DNA from: Octopus bimaculoides
Taxonomy: Eukaryota
Direction of reading: 5' to 3'
Assembly (NCBI RefSeq): GCF_001194135.2
Contig: NC_068983.1
Coordinates: 29,913,511 to 29,977,510, forward strand
DNA length: 64,000 nt
The notes below the pieces were generated by a model. It was not told the origin of the DNA. It saw only the letters and a program-made list of their open reading frames with translations, and did no database searches. The position numbers and the translations under genes are program-made. This document shows, in pieces, positions 37,601 through 51,545 of this stretch; the first letter of the stretch is position 1; every line of letters starts with the position of its first letter.

Positions 37601-38879
37601 TCAATCTCTAGTTCTTGTTGGAAATATCTATTTCATTATTTTCTAGTTGCTGCAAGACATTTGTATATTATATTTCTGACATAATTTACCTCTTGTCATA
37701 AATAAAAGCAGGGAGCCAAGAACTGTCTCTGCACTTATTTGATCTGCTAAAAATACAATATCACCTTGAATTCACACCTTACCATTTTAAAAATGGAAGG
37801 GTACAATGGGTAATGTAGTCATAGATATCTTATAGTTGATTGGATGATCATGGTTGGAATACTTTGATCTTAAGTCTATTCATCAGGGACTAAATAACAA
37901 CAAATCAAAAGCAGAATTTACTATCAATTTTGCACCCTAGACTACCACCAGCTCCACCACTATCACTAATTAACTCTACTCAGGAAGAGGAATGAAGAGT
38001 TAAATATACTTTGTCTGATTTATGTTGTTGCTTTTTAGCTTCCCAGATCAGACCTGGTTGTGTGGACTTATGATTACAGACATTCCAACCACTATCTTTC
38101 TTTCAGAAGTAACCTATTATCATCATCATTATATTTACATCCACCTTGGCATGAGTTTGATGGGTTTTCACAATCTGAATCTATTATTATTTGGAGTTGC
38201 CATCTTCCTAGATAGATAAAAGGATATCTCACTCACACATTTCAACTACTCTGTAGAGTTTATTGGATGCATTTTATCATGACATCAACACTAAAGATAT
38301 TGAGACTAGAATCCTCTCTATTGTATGTTGTCTTCATTCATTCACCAATCACTTTACAAATCATTCTGGATACATTTTACTACAGCACCAACATTGGAGA
38401 GATTGCTTTCTTTCCTGGAAAACTAAGAGTCCTCTTTACTCTATATTGTTTTTTTCCAAGGCAAGCATCACTGAGAGTATGGATAAAGGAGTGTGATGAC
38501 TAAGAGGGTGGAAAAAGAGTGAATGTGAGGTGGGGGGGACAGCAAAATGATGATAGCGGAGGTGGTAATGGAGGAGAAATAGTGATAGCTATATTTTGGT
38601 TGTTGGTAAGGAGATTGAATGTAAAAGCAGCATAGTCAGTGTAAAGGAATAGCAATAAAGATGTCCTGAAAGAAAGCAAGTGATAGATAACATTAGAGAC
38701 ATGTAATAGTAAGAAATATATACATGGGGAAAAAGAAAGATGGCTAATAATAGAGAAGGGTGATGATGAATGAGGGTACTGAATATAGACAGATGTGAAG
38801 CCTTTCCTCATTACACAGACATTGTGATAGATGATGGAAGGATTGAATGCAGATTAAATACTATGTCACATAACACAGG

Positions 38880-40130
38880 CAGCATGTTACAGTGAATAGG
38901 ATAGAGAACGAGTGAGATAAAGTAATGAAGGTTCTATCCACTTCAAGCAACCAGTACATCTTTATATAACTGGCATCTTCCATATGCATCATTCTTGCAC
39001 GCTACATCTCATCATTTGTGTTCTGTTATTCATTAGTTCATTACATGTCCATTGGAGCATGTTCACTCAATTGTTTTCCTATCTATCCCAAATCTTCCAT
39101 ATTCAAGGCCCAAATCTTGCTACCGTGTAATGCTACACTTGGCAATCTGCCCTTCAGGCTGAGAGAGAAACTTCTTGCTGCGAGCAAAAGTAATAACACC
39201 TTGGACTTTTTCCACCCCATTCCTACCCTAGCTACTATGTATTCTGTACACCCACTTCCACTACTAATATTAGGTCACCTAAGTGACCAAAGTTATCAAC
39301 TAGTTTTAGAGAGCCGAAATTTATTTCATGTATATTCTTATTTCATCTACAACATACAAAGTCTAGCTTCTCCATTAACCAATCTGTGATTCCACTACAC
39401 CTTTCATGTATCCATTGTTTATATTAGGTCTATCATATAAAATTTCTACATACTGCTTTTTTGTCTATCATGCGTGACCATTTCCCAGATGGTCGCGGGG
39501 TCATGTCCTTTTTTTCTTGCTTACTTTGACTTTTTGATTTGTGTCCATACATGAAACTTCTTTAAGCTTTCGCATGATGAAGCCGAATCCTCTTGCTGTA
39601 CAAGTTTTCTCCCTCTCTGAAGGTGACACAAGGTGTCTGCAGTGACAAGGGAGAAAACTTGTACAGCAACATGATTCACCATCAGTGTGTTAAAGGTTAA
39701 CTCTACAAATTGAGCTGTAAGACCTAGGTTATCAGCATCCATGAGTTTCTGTGGATAGTCAGCATTAAATTTATCTGCTTTGGTTTGGAGGACTAAAGTA
39801 AACGGAAGACTGTTGGGGGTTGAGACTGAGCCCTGGTGGTCTACCTGCATGTATAATTCATTTCTGAACTCATTGTTAGTTCTTACTTTGATGACTACTC
39901 CTCTGTACGTGGTTTGTATGGTCCCTACATGCTCTTCATCTGGCCATAGCTCCCTTAATACCCCTCCAGATTTCATAGTGTAGAATCCCATCAAAGGCCT
40001 TCTCCAGGTCATTGACGGATAAGTACAGGGGCTTCTAGCTAAGTATTTCTTCTACAGTTGTTTCACTAGAAAGATAGCAACAATAGTACCTCTTTCTTGA
40101 ATAAAGCTAAACTGCACCTTATCTCACCTG
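38880..40130 (-). mobile_element. RTE-clade LINE ORF2 relic (RT domain)
   Basis: Minus-strand DLEKAFD (39990-40010), VDHQGSV (HQGSVLSP-like) and MDADNL (YADD-like); frameshifted; accounts for the 163-aa ORF 39521-40012. Confidence 0.8.
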
Positions 40131-41055
40131 ATTCTCTTCCTAATTAATTGTGCAATTCATAGTCTAGTAAAACAATTTCTGTATATACAAAATTTAATAG
40201 ATCTAATTTTATTCTTCATTTCTACCATAATGCTAAGTGAAAATAAAGAATAAAAATAAGATATAGCTTTGTTATGGTAAAGCAAAGCAGGAAATTAATT
40301 TATCACATTTGTTAGGGCTTAATTACAAATACAGGAAGGCAATTGTGGTGGGGGTGCTTTATTGTAGACTGGATTATGCATTTCTATTACATATCCACTC
40401 ACACATACACATTATATATATACAATTTGGAAACGAGCAAAAGAAAATTAACAGAAACAGAAGTCTCCCATCAGCTGTGAACCTGGATGTCATGACAGTT
40501 TTAGCACTTCAGGATAGAACTGTATTCTCTGGTGGTGACAATAGCTTCAAAGAGAAATACTGCTAGAGAAGAGTATCCTTTTTGTGTCCTGTATATTGGT
40601 ATTATGTATACACTACCCTGTGTCTATTTTTAACTCTCTCTAATAGTATTTCCTTCTGAAAGTAATGGAAACCTGATAGTTTCAGGGTCTTCTCTGATTT
40701 ATCTTCTCTCTCTCTCTCTTTCCAATTTCCTTCTATCTCTGCTTCTTCCTCTCTTTTCAGTTTCTCCCCCCTTTCCTTCTAATCCACCTTGCTCTCTGTA
40801 TCTATCTTGCCCATGTTCTTTTTATTCTTTATTACTTTCTAATCACTCATGGTATTTTTCTTATTCTTTGAAACTACTGGCAACCATGTGGTTCCAGTTC
40901 CAACCTCATTGCACATTACCCTACAGGGCTTGTCTATCATAGCCTTGGGCTAACCAATGCTTGGAATTCAAGGAACTGCAGAAACTTGACATTATTTGTG
41001 TGTGTGTGTGGCTTTGATAATACAAACAGGATATTTAGAACTCAAAATATGACAC

Positions 41056-41090
<35 letters not shown>

Positions 41091-41189
41091 TAATCAATAG
41101 AAGTTACAAAGTGTCCCAAGAGCCAAGAATTTTATACATGACATTTCTGAAACTTTTGATGTAGATTAAAATAATAATGATAATAATAA

Positions 41190-41801
41190 TTAGTGTGTGT
41201 GTGTGTGTGTATATATGTATATATATATGTGTGTGTGTATATATGTATATATATATGTGTGTGTGTATATATGTATATATATGTGTGTGTGTATATATGT
41301 ATATATATATATGTGTGTGTGTATATATGTATATATATGTGTGTGTGTNNNNNNNNNNNNNNNNNNNNNNNNNNNNNNNNNNNNNNNNNNNNNNNNNNNN
41401 NNNNNNNNNNNNNNNNNNNNNNNNNNNNNNNNNNNNNNNNNNNNNNNNNNNNNNNNNNNNNNNNNNNNNNNNNNNNNNNNNNNNNNNNNNNNNNNNNNNN
41501 NNNNNNNNNNNNNNNNNNNNNNNNNNNNNNNNNNNNNNNNNNNNNNNNNNNNNNNNNNNNNNNNNNNNNNNNNNNNNNNNNNNNNNNNNNNNNNNNNNNN
41601 NNNNNNNNNNNNNNNNNNNNNNNNNNNNNNNNNNNNNNNNNNNNNNNNNNNNNNNNNNNNNNNNNNNNNNNNNNNNNNNNNNNNNNNNNNNNNNNNNNNN
41701 NNNNNNNNNNNNNNNNNNNNNNNNNNNNNNNNNNNNNNNNNNNNNNNNNNNNNNNNNNNNNNNNNNNNNNNNNNNNNNNNNNNNNNNNNNNNNNNNNNNT
41801 A

Positions 41802-41840
<39 letters not shown>

Positions 41841-41880
41841 ATGTATATATGTGTGTGTGTGTATGTATATATATATATAG
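41190..41880. repeat. Compound (GT)/(AT) microsatellite spanning a gap
   Basis: gtgtgtgtatatatgtatatatat modules on both sides of the N-run. Confidence 0.9.
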
Positions 41881-42240
41881 GTGCAAGTGTAGTTGTGCTG
41901 TTAAGATTTCTTCTCAACCATATAGTCTTGGGTTCAGTTTCACTGCACAGCTCCTTGGGCAAGTGTTACCCTAGCCAATTAAAGCCTTTTGAGTGGATTT
42001 GAGTGATAGAAACTGAAAGACTGTTATATAAATGTGTGTTTGTCCCTTACCACTGCTTGTCAATTGGTGTTGGTTTGTTTATGTTCCTGTCTCTTGTCAG
42101 TTTGGCATAAGAGAGCAATACACTAAGTACCAGGCTTTAAAAATAAATACTGGGATCAATTTGTTGAACTAAACCCTTTGAAGCACTGCTCCAACTTGCC
42201 CAGGACCCAGTGACTAAAGCAAGTAAAAAAATAAAAGAAT
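41880..42240 (+). mobile_element. SINE family A, diverged
   Basis: Degenerate head, body and tail. Confidence 0.7.
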
Positions 42241-42571
42241 ATAGTTATATATATGTGATTCCGTGTATATGTAATGTGTATATATGTTACTGATGTATGA
42301 GAGCACAAGGTATAATCATTGAGAAAATCAAGAACACACTTTTTTTTAAACCAACTGTAAAGATATTTTATCTGGGTAATATGTAAGTAACTTAAAATAG
42401 GCACACACTTTTCATTGTCCAAAAGTTAGCTCATGCAAAGTACTTTCATTTTCTGTCTTTGCAACAATCAACTTTTGGAATAGTTTCATTCTCTCTGACC
42501 AATATCATCTTCAGTAGAGTTCATATATTCATTGTCCGCATGCATTTTAGCTATTGATTACAGTAAACAGT

Positions 42572-42959
42572 GTGGAGGCGCAATGGCCCAGTGGTTAGGG
42601 CAGCAGACTTGTGGTCATAGGATCGCGGTTTCGATTCCCAGACCGGGCGTTGTGAGTGTTTATTGAGCGAAAACACCTAAAGCTCCACGAGGCTCCGGCA
42701 GGGGATCGTGGTGAACCTTGCTGTACTCTTTCACCACAACTTTCTCTCACTCTTACTTCCTGTTTCTGTTGTGCCTGTATTTCAAAGGGCCAGCCTTGTC
42801 ACACTGCGTCACGCTGAATCTCCCCAAGAACTACGTTAAGGGTACACGTGTCTGTGGAGTGCTCAGCCACTTGCACGTTAATTTCACATGCAGGCTGTTC
42901 CATTGATCGGATCAACTGGAACCCTCGACGTCGTAAGCGATGGAGTGCCAACAACAACA
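42572..42959 (+). mobile_element. SINE family B with 12-bp TSD
   Basis: Near-identical to the 16874 copy; TSD ACAGTAAACAGT at 42560-42571 and 42960-42971. Confidence 0.92.
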
Positions 42960-45249
42960 ACAGTAAACAGTATCTTGAATCTTCTCAACTCATCAGCTTT
43001 ACTTCAGCATATAATTCCAAAGTTTTTAACTAGTTAGAAAATCAATCTTTTCAGTGGAAATAGCCAAGTTTTAAAACTGTGTCTGAACTCTTTTATATGC
43101 CTACAAAAAAAAAACATTCTACATATTTCTTTCTGCTGGTAACATTGCTGATTCATGAAAATACGCCAATTTCCATTCTCATCATATATTTAAGTGTAGC
43201 CTTGCACATTCTTTTAGTTATAACCATCCCTAGAATGAGGATAACTGAAACTGGGACCAGAAAGTAGTATTATTGAAGCTTTTTAAAATATGGATAATTA
43301 TCACCTGAAACCTTGATTACAGCAGCTTAAATTGAAGATTAAGAGATTTTTATCTCTTTCATCTCAACATAGTTGCTTTTATCCTCTAGCTTTCTAAAAA
43401 GAACTGTGGTGAGTTCTTTGAAAAGAAAGAAAAATCCATTTTTTTCTTCTTTCCAAAGACCTCATTACTAAATGATACTTTCCCTTCAAGAACCTATCAA
43501 AAGTTTGTCTTGAAGTTCAGTTCACAATATTTGCAAAGCATCTCTTTAAGCAAACGCTTTAGCCCAAGAGTAACAACTTCAGCATAAATTGTTTTACCAA
43601 GATGGTGGTATTAGATATCTATTTTACTAGTATTTGGGTAAATTTCTTTAACATTCATCTCTCTTATCTATACTAGCATGGTTTATCTGAGCATAACACT
43701 TACTATCAGATATCACTTTTTGAACTCGTCAACACAACCCCTTTTCTGGACTGTTCTTTAGCAACATTCAATGTCAGTAGCAGCTGATAGATGTTGGACA
43801 CATTTCATTGCAGTCCATCATCTGGTACACACAACAACAGAAAATCAGCCATCTTTGCTGTATATATCCTTAACATGGTTTTTAAGACCAGATGAATTTC
43901 TTATTACAAGTCTCTATATAGTGTGCACTAATAATTCAAATATATAATTGTGAAATAATTTACCTTTTGTTATTAAGACAGATACTAATCATTGATACAC
44001 AAGATATCTTCATTAGAAAAAGGTAACAATTATTTTTTTCAATTTGTTGGTTCTGTATTTATCTGCCTAGCAGCTTTATTTGTTTTCATTTACTTCTCAG
44101 GATTCTTGCTATATTTTTTTATTGAAACATATAATTTGTCCTATCAGCCATTCTATTTGAATAATTAGAAAAAAAAACATTTCTCTTTTAATTACATTTT
44201 ATGTAAAAAGCTTTTTTACTTTGTCAAAGTATTTTTTGTTTAGCTGTCTGTTGCGTTTTAGTAAAAAAGGAAACTAAGTTATGAAATTGCAATTTGCCAT
44301 ATAAAGTAATGTTATGACTGTCATAGCTTAGAGTTTGTTTTAATATAATTAACTTAACATAGACATAATTGAAGCAGTTTACAGCTTAGCTATTCTTTAT
44401 ATAGAGCTGCCATAGAAACAGAAACGTTACAATAGTTAAAAAATATACTTCATGTATATAACATGTTGAGAAGGAGAGTTCATTGTTTTTTTGTGCAATA
44501 AAAACTGGATTTCACCCAATGTGTGTTTGTGTGTGTGTGTGATAACTCACTCATCAAATTTGCTAAACTAGTGTAAGGTTATCTTTTTATTGTGGGGAAA
44601 GAGCTGCACACACATCAGACTTATTCTCTCATCCTTACTCAATATGCTTGATAACAAAATAAAGTTAAAATAAGGATACAGGAGATTACCAAAATGTCTG
44701 AAGGTACCCCTGGAATGATTGGACAGCACTTGCTCTCTCACCAATATTTACTACATTGGTGAACCCAATTCATCAAACAGCTATGAAATACTACAAATCT
44801 GTGTTCTAAACTTACTATCACCACGCTGTCAATATTTCATTCAGTTGTGAACTTAAAGATAATCCTTTCTAGCCTACTATCCAGCTTTTCATTGTTTGAA
44901 ATACAGTTTCCTGACGCTCAGCATAATGTTAGAGGCTACATGTTTCAACTACATTATCATTTCACTTTACCTAAAATTAGCATATTCCAGCTATGAAGTA
45001 CCAGCTCAGATGCAGCGGTCACTGGGCAACTCAGATTTATCTTTGCAGGGAACACCATGAGTATCATACCAAAACCACACATGAACTCATCAATGATCCC
45101 TCATCATCATTAGCAACTTATCATCTTTCACAATTGCAGTTTACACTAAGAACTCTATGATAATTTTTGTTTTCACCTTTGTGACTAGCTCAGCTTATCA
45201 CTAGAAAACATGTAGAAGCTAGGAACATGATCTCATATTTGAAGGTATA

Positions 45250-45512
45250 AAAATAATAAATAAATGCGCCATTTTAAAGCCTAGCCAGGCTCATGGGCCC
45301 GATTTCCCGGTTTCTATGGCGTATATGTTCCCCAGCTGGACGGGACGCTAGTCCATCACAGCGATACTCATTTTTGCCAGCTGAGTGGACTGGAGCAACG
45401 TGAAATGAAGTGTTTTGCTCAAGAACACAATGCGTCGCCCAGTCCAGGAATCGAAACCACAATCTTACAATCATGGTGCTGACACCCTAACCACTAAGCC
45501 ACATGCCTCCGC
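45250..45512 (-). mobile_element. SINE family C with 13-bp TSD
   Basis: Reverse complement of the 26301 copy; TSD ATTTGAAGGTATA at 45237-45249 and 45513-45525. Confidence 0.9.
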
Positions 45513-47486
45513 ATTTGAAGGTATACTAAGTTATTAAATCCATTACTTATTCACTTTCGACAAACTGACTTGTATGAAAGTAAACATGTCATGCTGACCC
45601 ACTTGCATTTTACTCATACATGCACAGACCTCATGCAGTTCCACCTATGTTTGTACACACATGCACATATGCAAGTTCACTTAGATTTTTGTGCACACAT
45701 GCCAAACTTGCTTGCAACTTGTGCCTTTGTACATGGCAGATTGATTGTCCTTTTTAGACCAGAAGAACTCTACACTTATGGTGGTAGGCAGAAAATAAAA
45801 AAGCATTATCATAATTTATTGTCGTTATGTCCATGCATCCATATTGTTTACAGATGGTGGTAAAAGCAGTGATGATAAAATTTTTTTTTTTTAAATATAC
45901 TTTTTGCATGAAGTCCCTTTCTGATATTTGTTTTACACAGTCCTTTGTCACTCTTACTGCCACAAATGCAGAGAAAATGTGAATGCCAAATTAGAAACTG
46001 TATTCAATGATGCTATTGTTCACCATTGCAATAAAATATAATTTTGTTTTAGAGCACGAAACCCCTCAAAATCCAGATAAACTATACAAATTAAAGTATA
46101 TTTTTGTATTTGTTATTTCATTGGATATGGTGTTGAAGTTTTATTCATTCTGTTGTTCGCTGATATAAGTTTTATTGTCAACAAGGTCTGCTTTTCTCGT
46201 TTGTGTGATATTGTTACATCTGCTTGGTCTTATTTTATACTGTAAACAAGTTATCTCTATAAGTAATAGCAGTATATATTTTTATTTAATTTTCAATTTC
46301 GTTTTGCATGGTTCAAATTTGATTGATAGAAATATTAGTTGTTGCACTTTTAAAATATTAGATATCACATTACTGTATCACTCTATAAGTTCTGCATCTC
46401 TGTATTTGCTGTGTGTGTTATACTCCTATTTCCCCTAGAGTAATATGATTTTGGATGAGATGCTTTATGGCATTTGTTTTGGCTTACTACTTAGTACATT
46501 CTGAGTTTAACTCCCACCTCCTGTCACCACAGAATTTTTTTTAAATGTATTTTTTCAGACTTTGTGAAAAGGATGATAGGCCTGGGAAGTTTTTAAGCCA
46601 GTGCTCAAGTATTTCAGCTGATCAATGCCAACAAATCAGCTAACAGGAGGAAACTCAAGGGAATTTTCAAGTAACCATCAATGAATGACAATTACTCTAT
46701 AGATATTGCTCAATAGGTATTCTTCTATTACATTTGTGTATAGGTATTGCTTTACTATATTGCTTTATAGGCATTTCATGATCTGTATCGCTCTACTATA
46801 TTGCTCTATAGCTATTACATTATTGTATTACTCTACTATATTGCACTACTATATAGCTCTATATATATATACATATATTGCACTATTTCACTCACATTGT
46901 TAATAATCTTGGGAAAACAGGAATGTCATTCTTCTCATATGCCTGCAATTATTTTTACATCATATCCATGATTATAAGACAGTGTTGCTGCTTAATATCT
47001 TTTTTTGTGGCTCTTTACTCATCAAAAATAACCAAACTTTTAAAAAAGTAAAATTGATTGATTGATATTTCTTCAAGTTTTCCTTCTCAAGGACCTATCA
47101 CACTTGTATAAACTTCCATAATATAAAATGGTAAGATGAATCATTTTTAATTGTGTATTTGACACATCAACTGCATGCTTTGTATTTTTTTATAGCCTAA
47201 TAGCAATGCACATTTCTCCTGATTCATTATTATGTACATAAAATTTCAAGATAATATGAATTAAGTTTTTGAAAAAATTATCAACTTTTGTCATACGTGT
47301 TGCTATTTGTTGTGTTATTTGAAATAATATATTTGTGTATATTCAGAAGATTTCTGTGTCATATACTGCATGTTAAAATTAGAAGTTTTCAAAAGCTAAA
47401 CATATATATATATATATATATATATGTGTATATTCAGAAGATTTCTGTGTCATATACTGCATGTTAAAATTAGTTTTCAAAAGCTA

Positions 47487-47487
<1 letters not shown>

Positions 47488-47572
<85 letters not shown>
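47488..47572. repeat. (TA)n microsatellite
   Basis: Perfect run. Confidence 0.95.
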
Positions 47573-47576
<4 letters not shown>

Positions 47577-47666
47577 AGTTACTTTACTAATTGAAAAATT
47601 AAAATTGATATTAAATTTGAGCAAATAAGTATACAGTTAACATAAATGAGTGCAATACTACCTTAA

Positions 47667-47836
47667 CCCTTATTCAAACCAGCCAAATCTGGCCTCTCCC
47701 ACCAACTCTAAAATGACATTCTAAAAATTAAATTACATCATCAAATTCTCAAAGCTAGGACATAACACATGGCTAATTCAAAACAATGTCAATAAATAAA
47801 TATTAAATCTGGCAGAGTAATCTGAATGTTAAAGGG
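47667..47836. mobile_element. TTAA-flanked piggyBac-like MITE
   Basis: TTAA|CCCTT...AAGGG|TTAA, 170 bp. Confidence 0.65.
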
Positions 47837-47984
47837 TTAATATTTAATCTGATGTTGAGAAAAGAACATGTTATTGGTAAGGTTTATTATAACACTTTCC
47901 TGATTTTAGAATGCATTTTTGTTTAAACAATAATTTCCCTATTGCCATTTTAACTATTTTGAAAAGTAGCTTCTGCTTTTGATA

Positions 47985-48021
<37 letters not shown>

Positions 48022-48329
48022 TATAAAACTAACTCAGAATTCAGTAGAAAAAATATAAACTTCATAAAAAAAATAAACATAAAACATTAAAAAAAGAATA
48101 CAAATGATATTCCTTGTAAAAAAAATGTACTACTTAGTATAATTAAAGGCAACTAAAATAAGATTTTCATTAAGTCATCATTAATTAATGTTAAGTCATA
48201 ACCTAAAAATGAGTTGGTGATTCATTTATAGATGTAACAAGTTATAAAAGGATGAGAATAGAATGGAAACTATAGAGAGTGAATAGGTAATAAACTTTAG
48301 GGAGACAGGGGGAGGCATGGGTGGTAAAG

Positions 48330-48645
48330 CTGGTAGAATATTTGGCAACTAATAAAGAGTTTGGTGTCTTGTAATCTGTCACCAGTTTTGCGTTGTGATC
48401 ATAGCCAAGTCACAACTTAGTAGTGGAGTCCAGCAGAGTAAGTAGTGAGTAGCAGTAATGTAATCTGTTGTCTTCCAGCAAACAAACCAATTCCTTCTAT
48501 GGGAAATACTAGTTTGTGATAGCCTAGCATCCTATCCCTAAGAATATTTATCTCTCTTCTGCTTAACATTGCAGATATTAGAATTGAGTAGATTTGTATT
48601 CCATGAAAGATAAACTATAACATCTAGGAATCAGGCATGAATATA
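48330..48645 (-). mobile_element. Possible LINE endonuclease relic
   Basis: Degenerate LDVIVYLSWNTNL...LLDSTT resembles a CR1-like APE domain; weak. Confidence 0.35.
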
Positions 48646-48956
48646 GAAGGTTGTTGTTTAGTGCCAACAGACTAGTAATCAAAGGCGTTCGACCTTGACT
48701 TCTAGTATGTCCAGGACAATAATATAAAGTGTGTGCTTTTTGAAGACAGTTAACTGTAATATGAGGGAAATTTTGCTGTTACTTCCACCAGATCGAGTAA
48801 TCAAGTAGAGATTCTCGTTCTGACTCATTTAGAAGGAGATTTAAACAATGAGTAAAAATAGTAGTAAATTATGAAACACTTAAGATTATAAATGTTAGAA
48901 AAGAAAAAAACAATCAAAATGTTGCTGAGGTTCTAAAATTTGCTAGTGTTCAATGA

Positions 48957-49080
48957 CATCATCATCATCATCATCATCGTTTAATGTCCGCTTTCCATGC
49001 TAGCATGGGTTGGACGATTTGACTGAGGACTGGTGAACCAGATGGCTACACCAGGCTCCAATCTGATTTGGCAGAGTTTC
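48957..49080 (-). mobile_element. Family D 3' fragment
   Basis: Reverse complement of the 3' block. Confidence 0.85.
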
Positions 49081-50640
49081 AGAAATACAAATGTTTATTT
49101 AAAGAACCTCACCATCTTCCATTTATTACAAACAGTGTTTTATTTAAAGGATTCTCCTTACTGCAGGACAGAGACCAACCAGCCATATCAACTTCTTGTA
49201 GCCTCTTATTACTAGCACTGTTAAAGCTACATCTTTCCAATTTGTGTTTCTTTGTTTTAAAGAATTGAACCTAAGCACAGACTTCCTACAAATCCTAAAT
49301 ATGTTTTACTGTGGAATACTGCCCTCATGCATAGAATAGTAACATTTATTCTTGTCAGCGTCATTCTACATCACAACCAGAGGATTGTTATGTTGTATTG
49401 GGATGTACATTTTTTGTACTGCTATGACATTCTTAATTGTTTCGAACCTCTAAGCTGCACACTGCTTCGTTTGAAATCCCTTTATTTAACATGCTTCTCT
49501 GGTTCTTGCTAACTTTCTTCTTCAGTATAATGATAACTAAGAGTGTTCTCAATAGCTATTAATGCTTTTGGTGTTTGGAGATATTTATATTTATAAAAGT
49601 GTAAAAAAAACAATACTTGTTAAAATTTCAGTAGAAAATGATAAATGAAAGAATGCTACTAAGACTTGAATGATCTCTAAGTTTGTTATATAGGTTCTAA
49701 TATTTTATAATATTTTATATATATTTAATAAAAATCTTTAACAAATATAATATGAAGTAAATGTTTCATACAGACAGTATTATCATTATATTCTAAATTC
49801 TTTGAAACACAAAATACTTTATCTGAACTATTCATACCTTATTAACTAGTCAAATAATTCTTGTTGGAATCTTACTAAAATGACAATAAATAACTTCCTC
49901 TTACCTTGAAAATCCAGCCTTCCCTGTAGAATATTGATTACAGCCAAATCATATTGCTGTTAGTGATGTTTTACTTGGACTTGTTTAAATAATATACTTT
50001 TAAAACAGTTCTATTTTTACAGTTTTGTATCCTGTGACTGTATTTTGGAAATATTTGCTTCATCAGTTAAACAGTTTAACCTTTTATTTTAAACAGTTTT
50101 GGTGTTGTTTTCTCATTAATATTACTTTAAACAAAGTCTGACACAAATTAGGTTAACTTGTTTTTATAAATCAGATGAATATATATTCTTGTTATCTTAG
50201 GTAATTAGCATAAGAGTTCATAATGTTATCAGACTTGATAAGGTTTTCTTTTTATTTATTATGTAACAAACAAGCTTTCAATATATTTTTTGATCTTGGA
50301 AAAGGAATAGCAAAAATTAAAAAGACTCTTTTTGTAAAATTTTTGTTGACTGCCAGAAATATGGAAGAAGTTTGGATACCATGGTTATAAAAATAGAGTA
50401 ACTTATGATTCTATTTTGAATTGCTCAAGATAAATTACTCTTCTGAGATTCTGCTGTTCAGACATTTGTTTTCTTATTTTAGTATATTAATATTTCAAAT
50501 TCATTTTACAGGTTAATATCATCTGCAGATTTACTCAGCTCTATAAATTATCTGAGATATCTATATAGTATTGGCCATTTGACCATAGATTTAGAGAAGA
50601 GTCTACTTTTATCTAAGTTGATAATTGTGCTTGTCTAAGG

Positions 50641-51062
50641 CAGTGGTTCCTAGACATTTTTCTTACGCTACACTTGAGATCAAATAAAACATTTTAGTGC
50701 ACTTTATATTAAGGAAAAGTATTTATATATGTATCAGACTGAACTGGTTACAACACCCAAGGTACCTTGTCTGTGGGGCAACTTAGCCATCCAGGAGGAT
50801 TACAATGTGGACAGTAGCACAAACTGTGACAGTAGAGAGGCATCCAGGAATCATGACCTGGATGCAGTCCAGCCCCCTTATAGTTAAGGGCCAAAGCACT
50901 TGCATAAGGGGAGCTTGTTCTCTAAAGACTTTCTGCTGTTCAGCAACCCCTGCAGTGTTTTACTACTCACATATTCTTTTAATATAATTTTATTTTCACA
51001 GCACAGCAAGTTACATCCCACAACTCACCACCATGTCACTGCATACCATTTGGGAGCCACTG
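50641..51062. mobile_element. Older hAT-like MITE
   Basis: Termini CAGTGGTTCC... / ...TTTGGGAGCCACTG; TSD not matching. Confidence 0.5.
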
Positions 51063-51545
51063 ATCAATTTATACAAAATAATGAGTAGCAGGAACTCAAA
51101 TATTAGTACAATAATATTCTCAAATTAAAAAAAAAAAATCTCTTTCATATTTACTGTTAAGTAAACTTGTCTCTCTTGATGCTCATTTTGGGTCTGTAGA
51201 TCCTCTCCAAAATTTACAATCAACACTTTATGATTGCTGATGAGGTACCATTTTTAGAAACATTCTCTATGGTCAGTAAGACTCTAATTTCCAGTATTCT
51301 GGAAACATCTTAAATTTTCGTATTTGTACTTCATTCAAGTTATCTTTACTATAGTAGACCCAATTAGAAAAATGTAACTAAAAATATTCTAAAAATGAAC
51401 AGTTCTACAATTATTTCAACATAACATTATTGGTAGCATTTTCACTGCATCTTTGATTTATTATTATTGTTATTATTATTATTATTATTATTGTTAATGC
51501 ATCTTCTTTTGGTAACATTATTCTTTTCTTTACTTTTCTCCTCAG

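Noticed and set aside
39521-40012. 163-aa minus-strand ORF as a host gene
   Set aside because: It is a frameshifted RTE reverse-transcriptase fragment (DLEKAFD lies in another frame just upstream)
40500-40566. VFSGGDNS peptide resembling the PFK VFTSGGD motif
   Set aside because: Short chance match; flanks do not align and it lies downstream of the gene body
46559-46672. Exon-like segment after a tttttcag acceptor
   Set aside because: Stops in all three frames and a weak donor; no support for coding
51230-51270. Hammerhead ribozyme at CTGATGA...GAAA (also checked 14341)
   Set aside because: No stem II closing pair or stems I/III
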